Part shown: positions 42,778 to 56,400 of the stretch, in pieces | Numbering within the stretch: the first letter of the stretch is position 1 | Layout: each line of letters begins with the position of its first letter | Assembly (NCBI RefSeq): GCF_009914755.1 | Contig: NC_060948.1 | Strand: one strand, 5' to 3' | DNA: 64,000 nucleotides | DNA from: the human T2T-CHM13v2.0 reference genome, Homo sapiens | Program-made: the position numbers and the translations under genes | The notes under the pieces: generated by a model | Told to the model about the DNA's origin: nothing | Seen by the model: the letters and a program-made list of their open reading frames with translations, nothing else | Database searches by the model: none

Positions 42778-45700
42778 GGAGTCAAATGGAATTGTCTGGA
42801 ATGGAATGAACACGAATGTAATGCAATCCAACAGAATGGAATCGAATGGCATGGAATATAAAGAAATGGAATCGAAGAGAATGGAAACAAATGGAATGGA
42901 ATTGAATGGAATGGAATTGAATGGAATGGGAACGAATGGAGTGAAATTGTATGCAGTAGAAGAGAATAGAATGGAATGCAAGCGAAAGGAAAGGAATGGA
43001 TTGCAATGGAATGGAATTCATTGGAATGGAAGGGAATGTAGTGTAATGGACAGGCCTGGAATAAAGTGGAATGCTACGGTCTCGAATGGAATAAAAATGT
43101 ATGGAATGGAATGCAATGAAACGGAATCGAATGTCATAGAATGTAATGGAATGCAAAAAAATGGACTCCAAAATCATTGACTGGAAAGGCTGGGGGTCGA
43201 AAGGAATTGACTGCAATGGAATGGAATCGAATGGAATGGAAGTGAATAGAATCGAACTAAATCGAATGGAATGGAATTGATAGGAACGGAATGGAAAGGA
43301 ATGCAATGATTTGGCATGGAATGGAATCGAATGGCATCGAATGGAATGGAATGGAATGCAATGGAATGGAATGTATTAGAATGTAATGAACTTTAATGGA
43401 ATGTACTCGAATGGATTCGACTGGAATGGAATGTTCTGGAAGTGAATGGACTCCAATGGAATGGATTCAAAAGGAATGGAATCATACGGAATGGAATCTA
43501 ATGGTATGGAATTAAATGGAAATGAATCAAATTGAATAGCACGGAATTGAATTGAATGGAATCGAATGCAATGGAATCTAATGAAACGGAAAGGAAAGAA
43601 TGGAATGGAATGGAATGGGCTGGAATGGAAAGGAATCGAAACGAATGGAATGGAATCGAACTGAAGAGACTGGAATGGAATGCACTGGAATGGAAGGGAG
43701 TGTAATGGAAGGTTCTCGAAAAAAATGGAATCGAATGGAATGTAATTGAATGGAACGGAAAAGAGTCGCATGGAATTGAATGGAATGGAATGGACTAGAG
43801 TGAAATGGAATCGAACGAAAAGGAATGGACAGGAATAGAATGGTCTCGAATTGAATGGAATCGTATGGAATGGCATCAAACGGAATGGAATGGACAGCCA
43901 CGGAATGGAATGCACTCGAATGCAATGGAGTCGAAACTAATGGACTGGAATAGAATGGACTCGACTGGTATGGACTCCAATGGAATGGAATCGAATGGAA
44001 GGGAATCGAACGGAATGGACTCGAAGGGAAAAGACTGCAATGGAAAGGTCTCGAATGGAATGGAAATTAATGGAATGGAATGGAATCGAATGAAATGGAG
44101 TCAAAAGGAATGCAATCGAATGGCAAGAAATCGAATGTAATGGAATCGTAAGGAATTCATGTGAACGGAACGGAATGGAATGGAATCCAAAGGAATGGAA
44201 TAGAATGGAATGGAATCGGATGGAAAGGACTCGAATGGAAATCACTCGAATTGAATGAAATTTAATAAAATAGGATCAAATGTAATAGAATGGAATGGAA
44301 AGGAATCGAAACGGAAGGAATGGAGACAGATGGAATGGAATGGAACAGAGAGCAATGGTATAGAATGGAATGGAATCATCTGGAATGGAATTGAATGGAA
44401 TGGAATAATATGAAATGGAATGGAATGGAATGGAATGGAATGCCCTTGAATTAAATGGACTGGACTCGAACAGAGTGGAATGGAAAGTGTTGAGATAGAA
44501 TGGAATGGACTCCTTTGGAATGGTGTATTATGCAATGCAATCGACTGGCAGGGAATCAAAAGGAATGTAATGGAATGGATTGGACTGGAATGCAATGGAC
44601 TCGAATAGATTGGAAACGGAATGCAAAGGAATGGAATGGAATAGTATGGAATGCAATGGAAGGGAATGGAGTGGAATAGACTAGAGTGGAATGGAATGGA
44701 CTGGAAAGCAATGGACTGGAATGGAACTTTCTTGGATGGACTGGAATCAAACGGAATGGAATGCAATGCAATCAAATGGCATGGAATAAAATAGAATGAA
44801 AGAGAATCAAATGGAATTGAATCGAATGGAATCGAATGGATTGGAAAGGAATAGAATGGAATGGAATGGAATTGACTCAAATGGAATGGACTAGAATGGA
44901 ATGGATTCGAATGGAAGGCAAAGGAATGGAATCTATTGGAATGGACTGTAATGGAATGGAATGGAAGGGATTGGAATGGACTCGAATGGAATGGACTGCA
45001 ATAGAAAGGATTCGAATGGAATGAAAAAGAATTGAATGGAATAGAACAGAATGGAATCAAATCGAATGGAATGGAATGGAATAGAAAGGAATGGAATGAA
45101 ATGGAATGGAAAGGATTCGAATGGAATGCAATCGAATGGAATGGAATCGAACGGAATGGAATAAAATGGAAGAAAACTGGCAAGAAATGGAATCGAAATG
45201 AATGGAGTGTTATGGAACGGACTCAAAAGGAATTGAATGTAATAGAATGGAGTGGAGTGGACTCGAATATAATGGACTGGAATGGAATGAAATCACATGG
45301 AATGGGAACGAATGGAATGGAATGGAAAGGAATGGAATCGAATGGAAAGGAATCGAATGGAAGGGAATGAAATTGAATCAACAGGAATGGGAGGGAATAG
45401 AATAGACTGTAATGGAATGGACTCGAATAGAATGGACACGAATGCTCAAATTAAATTGACTCGAATGGAATGGAAACGAAAGGAATGTCATCGAATGGAA
45501 TTGAATCGATTGGAATGAAATCACATAGAATGGAGTGGAATCAAATGGAATTGAATCGAAAGGAAAGGAAGCGAATGGACTGAAATGAAATGGAATGGAA
45601 TTGAATGGAAAGTAATGCAATGGAATAGAATGGAACGAAATTTCACGGAATGGAATCAAACTGAATGGAATCAAATCAATGGAATCAAATCAAATGGAAT

Positions 45701-46315
45701 GGAAAGGAATTGAATGGAGTAGATGGGATTGGATGGGATTGGAATGAAATGTACTGGAAAGGACTCGAATTTCATGAAACGGAATGGAATGAATTGGAAC
45801 GGAATGGACTCGAATGGAATGGAATGTCATGGAATGGCATCAAATGGAATGGCATCAAATGGAATGGAATCGAATGCAATGGAATGCTATGGAATGGAAT
45901 GGAATGCATTGGAATGGAATGTCCTCTAATGGAATGGATTCGAGTGGAATGGAATTGAATATAATGGAGTCGAATGAAATGGAATTGAAAGGAATGGGAT
46001 CGAATACAATGGAATATACTGGAATGTAACGTAATGAACTCGAATGTAATTGACTGGAATGGAATGTACATGAATGGAATGTAATCGAATGGAAAGTAGT
46101 CCAATGGAATAGAATCTAATGCAATAAAATCGACTCAGATAGAGTAGAATGTAATGGAATGGAGTGCAGTGCAATGGAATGGAATGGAATGGAATGCAAT
46201 GGAATGGAATGGAATGGAATGGAATGGGATGGAATGGTATGGAATGGATAGTAATGGACTGGAGTGAAATGGACTGGAAAGGAATGGACTCAAATTGAAA
46301 GGTCTCGAAAGGAAT
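42778..46315 (+). repeat. DYZ1 monomer 13 (3538 bp)
   Basis: Landmark recurrence; 1-bp deletion at 43598; shortest terminal GGAAT run. Confidence 0.92.
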
Positions 46316-49300
46316 GGAGTCAAATGGAATGGTCTGGAATGGAATGAACACGAATGTAATGCAATCCAATAGAATGGAATCGAATGGCATGGAATATAAA
46401 GAAATGGAATCGAAGAGAATGGAAACAAATGGAATGAAATTGAATGGAATGGAATTGAATGGAATGTGAACGAATGGAGTGTAATTGTATGCAGTAGAAG
46501 AGAATAGAATGGAATGCAAGCGAAAGGAAAGGAATGGATTGGAATGGAATGGAATTCATTGGAATGGAAGGGAATGTAGTGTAATGGACAGGCCTGGAAT
46601 AAAGTGGAATGCTACGGTCTCGAATGGAATAAAAATGTATGGAATGGAATGCAATGAAACGGAATCGAATGTCATAGAATGTAATGGAATGCAAAAAAAT
46701 GGAATCCAAAATCATTGAATGGAAAGGCTGGGTGTCGAAAGGAATTGACTCCAATGGAATGGAATCGAATGGAATGGAAGTGAATAGAATCGAACTAAAT
46801 CGAATGGAATGGAATTGATAGGAACGGAATGGAAAGGATTGCAATGATTTGGCATGGAATGGAATCGAATGGCATCGAATGGAATGGAATGGAATGCAAT
46901 GGAATGGAATGTATTAGAATGTAATGAACTTTAATGGAATGTACTCGAATGGATTCGACTGGAATGGAATGTTCTGGAAGTGAATGGACTCCAATGGAAT
47001 GGATTCAAAAGGAATGGAATCGTACGGAATGGAATCTAATGGAATGGAATTAAATGGAAATGAATCAAATTGAATAGCACGGAATTGAATTGAATGGAAT
47101 GGAATGCAATGGAATCTAATGAAACGGAAAGGAAAGGAATGGAATGGAATGGAATGGGCTGGAATGGAAAGGAATCGAAACGAATGGAATGGAATCGAAG
47201 TGAAGAGACTGGAATGGAATGCACTGGAATGGAAGGGAGTGTAATGGAAGGTTCTCGAAAAAAATGGAATCGAATGGAATGCAATTGAATGGAACGGAAT
47301 AGAGTCGAATGGAATTGAATGGAATGGAATGGACTAGAGTGAAATGGAATCGAACCACAAGGAATGGACAGGAATAGAATGGTCTCGAATTGAATGGAAT
47401 CGTATGGAATGGCATCAAACGGAATGGAATGGACAGCCACGGAATGGAATGCACTCGAATGCAATGGAGTCGAAACTAATGGACTGGAATAGAATGGACT
47501 CGACTGGTACGGACTCCAATGGAATGGAATCGAATGGAAGGGAATCGAACGTAATGGACTCGAAGGGAAAAGACTGCAATGGAAAGGTCTCGAATGGAAT
47601 GGAAATTAATGGAATGGAATGGAATCGAATGAAATGGAGTCAAAAGGAATGGAATCGAATGGCAAGAAATCGAATGTAATGGAATCGCAAGGAATTGATG
47701 TGAACGGAACGGAATGGAATGGAATCCAAAGGAATGGAATAGAATGGAATGGAATCGAATGGAAAGGACTCGAATGGAAATCACTCGAATAGAATGCAAT
47801 TTAATAAAATAGGATCAAATGTAATAGAATGGAATGGAAAGGAATCGAAACGGAAGGAATGGAGACAGTTGGAATGGAATGGAACAGAGAGCAATGGTAT
47901 AGAATGGAATGGAATCATCTGGAATGGAATTGAATGGAATGGAATGATATGAAATGGAATGGAATGGAATGGAATGGAATGCCCTTGAATTAAATGGACT
48001 GGACTCGAACAGAGTGGGATGGAAAGTGTTGAGATAGAATGGAATGGACTCCTTTGGAATGGTGTAGTATGCAATGCAATCGACTGGCAGGGAATCAAAA
48101 GGAATGTAATCGAATGGATTGGACTGGAATGCAATGGACTCGAATAGATTGGAAACGGAATGCAAAGGAATGGAATGGAATAGTATGGAATGCAATGGAA
48201 GGGAATGGAGTGGAATAGACTAGAGTGGAATGGAATGGACTGGAAAGCAATGGACTGGAATGGAACTTTCTTGGATGGACTGGAATCAAACGGAATGGAA
48301 TGCAATGCAATCAAATGGCATGGAATAAAATAGAATGAAAGAGAATCAAATGGAATTGAATCGAATGGAATCGAATGGATTGGAAAGGAATAGAATGGAA
48401 TGGAATGGAATTGACTCAAATGGAATGGACTAGAATGGAATGGATTCGAATGGAAGGCAAAGGAATGGAATCTATTGGAATGGACTGTAATGGAATGGAA
48501 TGGAAGGGATTGGAATGGACTCGAATGGAATGGACTGCAATAGAAAGGATTCGAATGGAATGAAAAAGAATTGAATGGAATAGAACAGAATGGAATCAAA
48601 TCGAATGAAATGGAATGGAATAGAAAGGAATGGAATGAAATGGAATGGAAAGGATTCGAATGGAATGCAATCGAATGGAATGGAATCGAACGGAATGGAA
48701 TAAAATGGAAGAAAACTGGCAAGAAATGGAATCGAAATGAATGGAGTGTTATGGAACGGACTCAAAAGGAATTGAATGTAATAGAATGGAGTGGAGTGGA
48801 CTCGAATATAATGGACTGGAATGGAATGAAATCACATGGAATGGGAACGAATGGAATGGAATGGAAAGGAATGGAATCGAATGGAAAGGAATCGAATGGA
48901 AGGGAATGAAATTGAATCAACAGGAATGGAAGGGAATAGAATAGACTGTAATGGAATGGACTCGAATAGAATGGACACGAATGCTCAAATTAAATGGACT
49001 CGAATGGAATGGAAACGAAAGGAATGTCATCGAATGGAATTGAATCGATTGGAATGAAATCGCATAGAATGGAGTGGAATCAAATGGAATTGAATCGAAA
49101 GGAAAGGAAGCGAATGGACTGAAATGAAATGGAATGGAATTGAATGGAAAGTAATGCAATGGAATAGAATGGAACGAAATTTCACGGAATGGAATCAAAC
49201 TGAATGGAATCAAATCAATGGAATCAAATCAAATGGAATGGAAAGGAATTGAATGGAGTAGATGGGATTGGATGGGATTGGAATGAAATGTACTGGAAAG

Positions 49301-49894
49301 GACTCGAATTTCATGAAACGGAATGGAATGAATTGGAACGGAATGGACTCGAATGGAATGGAATGTCATGGAATGGCATCAAATGGAATGGCATCAAATG
49401 GAATGGAATCGAATGCAATGGAATGCTATGGAATGGAAAGGAATGCATTGGAATGGAATGTCCTCTAATGGAATGGATTCGAGTGGAATGGAATTGAATG
49501 TAATGGAGTCGAATGAAATGGAATTGAAAGGAATGGGATCGAATGCAATGGAATATACTGGAATGTAACGTAATGAACTCGAATGTAATTGACTGGAATG
49601 GAATGTACATGAATGGAATGTAATCGAATGGAAAGTAATCCAATGGAATAGAATCTAATGCAATAAAATCGACTCAGATAGAGTAGAATGTAATGGAATG
49701 GAGTGCAGTGCAATGGAATGGAATGGAATGGAATGCAATGGAATGGAATGGAATGGAATGGAATGGAATGGAATGGAATGGAATGGAATGGAATGGGATG
49801 GAATGGTATGGAATGGTATGGAATGGATAGTAATGGACTGGAATGAAATGGACTGGAAAAGAATGGACTCAAATTGAAAGGGCTCGAAAGGAAT
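46316..49894 (+). repeat. DYZ1 monomer 14 (3579 bp)
   Basis: Landmark recurrence; 10-bp duplication GGTATGGAAT near 49805-49824. Confidence 0.92.
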
Positions 49895-52800
49895 GGAGTC
49901 AAATGGAATGGTCTGGAATGGAATGAACACGAATGTAATGCAATCCAATAGAATGGAATCGAATGGCATGGAATATAAAGAAATGGAATCGAAGAGAATG
50001 GAAACAAATGGAATGGAATTGAATGGAATGGAATTGAATGGAATGGGAACGAATGGAGTGAAATTGTATGCAGTAGAAGAGAATAGAATGGAATGCAAGC
50101 GAAAGGAAAGGAATGGATTGGAATGGAATGGAATTCATTGGAATGGAAGGGAATGTAGTGTAATGGACAGGCCTGGAATAAAGTGGAATGCTACGGTCTC
50201 GAATGGAATAAAAATGTATGGAATGGAATGCAATGAAACGGAATCGAATGTCATAGAATGTAATGGAATGCAAAAAAATGGAATCCAAAATCATTGACTG
50301 GAAAGGCTGGGTGTCGAAAGGAATTGACTCCAATGGAATGGAATCGAATGGAATGGAAGTGAATAGAATCGAACTAAATCGAATGGAATGGAATTGATAG
50401 GAACGGAATGGAAAGGAATGCAATGATTTGGCATGGAATGGAATCGAATGGCATCGAATGGAATGGAATGGAATGCAATGGAATGGAATGTATTAGAATG
50501 TAATGAACATTAATGGAATGTACTCGAATGGATTCGACTGGAATGGAATGTTCTGGAAGTGAATGGACTCCAATGGAATGGATTCAAAAGGAATGGAATC
50601 GAACGGAATGGAATCTAATGGAATGGAATTAAATGGAAATGAATCAAATTGAATAGCACGGAATTGAATTTAATGGAAAGGAATGCAATGGAATCTAATG
50701 AAACGGAAAGGAAAGGAATGGAATGGAATGGAATGGGCTGGAATGGAAAGGAATCGAAACGAATGGAATGGAATCGAACTGAAGAGACTGGAATGGAATG
50801 CACTGGAATGGAAGGGAGTGTAATGGAAGGTTCTCGAAAATAATGGAAGCAAATGGAATGGAATTGAATGGAACGGAATAGAGTCGAATGGAATTGAATG
50901 GAATGGAATGGACTAGAGTGAAATGGAATCGAACCACAAGGAATGGACAGGAATAGAATGGTCTCGAATTGAATGGAATCGTATGGAATGGCATCAAACG
51001 GAATGGAATGGACAGCCACGGAATGGAATGCACTCGAATGCAATGGAGTCGAAACTTATGGACTGGAATAGAATGGACTCGACTGGTACGGACTCCAATG
51101 GAATGGAATCGAATGGAAGGGATTCGAACGGAATAGACTCGAAGGGAAAAGACTGCAATGGAAAGGTCTCGAATGGAATGGAAATTAATGGAATGGAATG
51201 GAATCGAATGAAATGGAGTCAAAAGGAATGGAATCAAATGGCAAGAAATCGAATGTAATGGAATCGCAAGGAATTGATGTGAACGGAACGGAATGGAATG
51301 GAATCCAAAGGAATGGAATAGAATGGAATGGAATCGAATGGAAAGGACTCGAATGGAAATCACTCGAATAGAATGAAATTTAATAAAATAGGATCAAATG
51401 TAATGGAATGGAATGGAAAGGAATCGAAACGAAAGGAATGGAGACAGATGGAATGGAATGGAACAGAGAGCAATGGTATAGAATGGAATGGAATCATCTG
51501 GAATGGAATTGAATGGAATGGAATAATATGAAATGGAATGGAATGGAATGGAATGGAATGCCCTTGAATTAAATGGACTGGAATGGAATGGACTCGAACA
51601 GACTGGAATGGAAAGTGTTAAGATAGAATGGAATGGACTCCTTTGGAATGGTCTAGTATGCAATGCAATCGACTGGCAGGGAATCAAAAGGAATGTAATC
51701 GAATGGATTAGACTGGAATGCAATGGACTCGAATAGATTGGAAACGGAATGCAAAGGAATGGAATGGAATAGTATGGAATGGAATGGAAAGGAATGGAGT
51801 GGAATAGACTAGAGTGGAATGGAATGGACTGGAAAGCAATGGACTGGAATGGAACTTTCTTGAATGGACTGGAATCAAACGGAATGGAATGCAATGCAAT
51901 CAAATGGCATGGAATAAAATAGAATGAAAGAGAATCAAATGGAATTGAATCGAATGGAATCGAATGGATTGGAAAGGAATAGAATGGAATGGAATGGAAT
52001 GGACTCAAATGGAATGGACTAGAATGGAATGGATTCGAATGGAAGGCAAAGGAATGGAATCTATTGGAATGGACTGTAATGGAATGGAATGGAAGGGATT
52101 GGAATGGACTCGAATGGAATGGACTGCAATAGAAAGGATTCGAATGGAATGAAAAAGAATTGAATGGAATAGAACAGAATGGAATCAAATCGAATGAAAT
52201 GGAATGGAATAGAAAGGAATGGAATGAAATGGAATGGAAAGGATTCGAATGGAATGCAATCGAATGGAATGGAATTGAACGGAATGGAATAAAATGGAAG
52301 AAAACTGGCAAGAAATGGAATCGAAATGAATGGAGTGTTATGGAACGGACTCAAAAGGAATTGAATGTAATAGAATGGAGTGGAGTGGACTCGAATATAA
52401 TGGACTGGAATGGAATGAAATCACATGGAATGGGAACGAATGGAATGGAATGGAAAGGAATGGAATCGAATGGAAAGGAATCGAATGGAAGGGAATGAAA
52501 TTGAATCAACACGAATGGAAGGGAATAGAATAGACGGTAATGGAATGGACTCGAATAGAATGGACACGAATGCTCAAATTGAATGGACTCGAATGGAATG
52601 GAAACGAAAGGAATGTCATCGAATGGAATTGAATCGATTGGAATGAAATCGCATAGAATGGAGTGGAATCAAATGGAATTGAATCGAAAGGAAAGGAAGC
52701 GAATGGACTGAAATGAAATGGAATGGAATTGAATGGAAAGTAATGCAATGGAATAGAATGGAACGAAATTTCACGGAATGGAATCAAACTGAATGGAATC

Positions 52801-53453
52801 AAATCAATGGAATCTAATCAAATGGAATGGAAAGGAATTGAATGGAGTAGATTGGATTGGATGGGATTGGAATGAAATGTACTGGAAAGGACTCGAATTT
52901 CATGAAACGGAATGGAATGAATTGGAACGGAATGGACTCGAATGGAATGGAATGTCATGGAATGGCATCAAATGGAATGGCCTCAAATGGAATGGAATCG
53001 AATGCAATGGAATGCTATGGAATGGAATGGAATGCATTGGAATGGAATGTCCTCTAATGGAATGGATTCGAGTGGAATGGAATCGAATATAATGGAGTCG
53101 AATGAAATGGAATTGAAAGGAATGGGATCGAATACAATGGAATATACTGGAATGTAATGTAATGAACTCGAATGTAATTGACTGGAATGGAATGTACATG
53201 AATGGAATGTAATCGAATGGAAAGTAATCCAATGGAATAGAATCTAATGCAATAAAATCGACTCAGATAGAGTAGAATGTAATGGAATGGAGTGCAGTGC
53301 AATTGAATGGAATGGAATGGAATACAATGGAATGGAATGGAATGGAATGGAATAGAATGGAATGGGATGGAATGGTATGGAATGGATAGTAATGGACTGG
53401 AATGAAATGGACTGGAAAAGAATGGACTCAAATTGAAAGGGCTCGAAAGGAAT
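49895..53453 (+). repeat. DYZ1 monomer 15 (3559 bp)
   Basis: Landmark recurrence; extra GGCC at 52979-52982. Confidence 0.92.
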
Positions 53454-56400
53454 GGAGTCAAATGAAATGGTCTGGAATGGAATGAACACGAATGTAATGC
53501 AATCCAATAGAATGGAATCGAATGGCATGGAATATAAAGAAATGGAATCGAAGAGAATGGAAACAAATGGAATGGAATTGAATGGAATGGAATTGAATGG
53601 AATGGGAACGAATGGAGTGAAATTGTATGCAGTAGAAGAGAATAGAATGGAATGCAAGCGAAAGGAAAGGAATGGATTGCAATGGAATGGAATTCATTGG
53701 AATGGAAGGGAATGTAGTGTAATGGACAGGCCTGGAATAAAGTGGAATGTTACGGTCTCGAATGGAATAAAAATGTATGGAATGGAATGCAATGAAACGG
53801 AATCGAATGTCATAGAATGTAATGGAATGCAAAAAAATGGAATCCAAAATCATTGACTGGAAAGGCTGGGTGTCGAAAGGAATTGACTCCAATGGAATGG
53901 AATCGAATGGAATGGAAGTGAATAGAATCGAACTAAATCGAATGGAATGGAATTGATAGGAACGGAATGGAAAGGAATGCAATGATTTGGCATGGAATGG
54001 AATCAAATGGCATCGAATGGAATGGAATGGAATGCAATGGAATGGAATGTATTAGAATGTAATGAACATTAATGGAATGTACTCGAATGGATTCGACTGG
54101 AATGGAATGTTCTGGAAGTGAATGGACTCCAATGGAATGGATTCGAAAGGAATGGAATCGAACGGAATGGAATCTAATGGAATGGAATTAAATGGAAATG
54201 AATCAAATTGAATAGCACGGAATTGAATTGAATGGAATCGAATGCAATGGAATCTAATGAAACGGAAAGGAAAGGAATGGAATGGAATGGAATGGGCTGG
54301 AATGGAAAGGAATCGAAACGAATGGAATGGAATCGAACTGAAGAGACTGGAATGGAATGCACTGGAATGGAAGGGAGTGTAATGGAAGGTTCTCGAAAAT
54401 AATGGAAGCAAATGGAATGGAATTGAATGGAACGGAATAGAGTCGAATGGAATTGAATGGAATGGAATGGACTAGAGTGAAATGGAATCGAACCACAAGG
54501 AATGGACAGGAATAGAATGGTCTCGAATTGAATGGAATCGTATGGAATGGCATCAAACGGAATGGAATGGACAGCCACGGAATGGAATGCACTCGAATGC
54601 AATGGAGTCGAAACTTATGGACTGGAATAGAATGGACTCGACTGGTACGGACTCCAATGGAATGGAATCGAATGGAAGGGATTCGAACGGAATGGACTCG
54701 AAGGGAAAAGACTGCAATGGAAAGGTCTCGAATGGAATGGAAATTAATGGAATGGAATGGAATCGAATGAAATGGAGTCAAAAGGAATGGAATCGAATGG
54801 CAAGAAATCGAATGTAATGGAATCGCAAGGAATTGATGTGAACGGAACGGAATGGAATGGAATCCAAAGGAATGGAATATAATGGAATGGAATCGAACGG
54901 AAAGGACTCGAATGGAAATCACTCGAATAGAATGCAATTTAATGAAATAGGATCAAATGTAATGGAATGGAATGGAAAGGAATCGAAACGAAAGGAATGG
55001 AGACAGATGGAATGGAATGGAACAGAGAGCAATGGTATAGAATGGAATGGAATCATCTGGAATGGAATTGAATGGAATGGAATAATATGAAATGGAATGG
55101 AATGGAATGGAATGGAATGCCCTTGAATTAAATGGACTGGACTCGAACAGAGTGGAATGGAAAGTGTTGAGATAGAATGGAATGGACTCCTTTGGAATGG
55201 TGTAGTATGCAATGCAATCGACTGGCATGGAATCAAAAGGAATGTAATGGAATGGATTGGACTGGAATGCAATGGAGTCGAATAGATTGGAAACGGAATG
55301 CAAAGGAATGGAATGGAATAGTATGGAATTTAATGGAAAGGAATGGAGTTGAATAGACTAGAGTGGAATGGAAAGGACTGGAAAGCAATGGACTGGAATG
55401 GAACTTTCTTGAATGGACTGGAATCAAACGGAATGGAATGCAATGCAATCAAATGGCATGGAATAAAATAGAATTAAAGAGTCAAATGGAATTGAATCGA
55501 ATGGAATCGAATGGATTGGAAAGGAATAGAATGGAATGGAATGGAATTGACTCAAATGGAATGGACTAGAATGGAATGGATTCGAATGGAAGGCAAAGGA
55601 ATGGAATCTATTGGAATGGACTGTAATGGAATGGAATGGAAGGGATTGGAATGGACTCGAATGGAATGGACTGCAATAGAAAGGATTCGAATGGAATGAA
55701 AAAGAATTGAATGGAATAGAACAGAATGGAATCAAATCGAATGAAATGGAATGGAATAGAAAGGAATGGAATGAAATGGAATGGAAAGGATTCGAATGGA
55801 ATGCAATCGAATGGAATGGAATCGAACGGAATGGAATAAAATGGAAGAAAACTGGCAAGAAATGGAATCGAAATGACTGGAGTGTTATGGAAGGGACTCA
55901 AAAGGAATTGAATGTAATAGAATGGAGTGGAGTGGACTCGAATATAATGGACTGGAATGGAATGAAATCACATGGAATGGGAACGAATGGAATGGAATGG
56001 AAAGGAATGGAATCGAATGGAAAGGAATCGAATGGAAGGGAATGAAATTGAATCAACAGGAATGGAAGGGAATAGAATAGACGGTAATGGAATGGACTCG
56101 AATAGAATGGACACGAATGCTCAAATTGAATGGACTCGAATGGAATGGAAACGAAAGGAATGTCATCGAATGGAATTGAATCGATTGGAATGAAATCGCA
56201 TAGAATGGAGTGGAATCAAATGGAATTGAATCGAAAGGAAAGGAAGCGAGTGGACTGAAATGAAATGGAATGGAATTGAATGGAAAGTAATGCAATGGAA
56301 TAGAATGGAACGAAATTTCACGGAATGGAATCAAACTGAATGGAATCAAATCAATGGAATCAAATCAAATGGAATGGAAAGGAATTGAATGGAGTAGATT

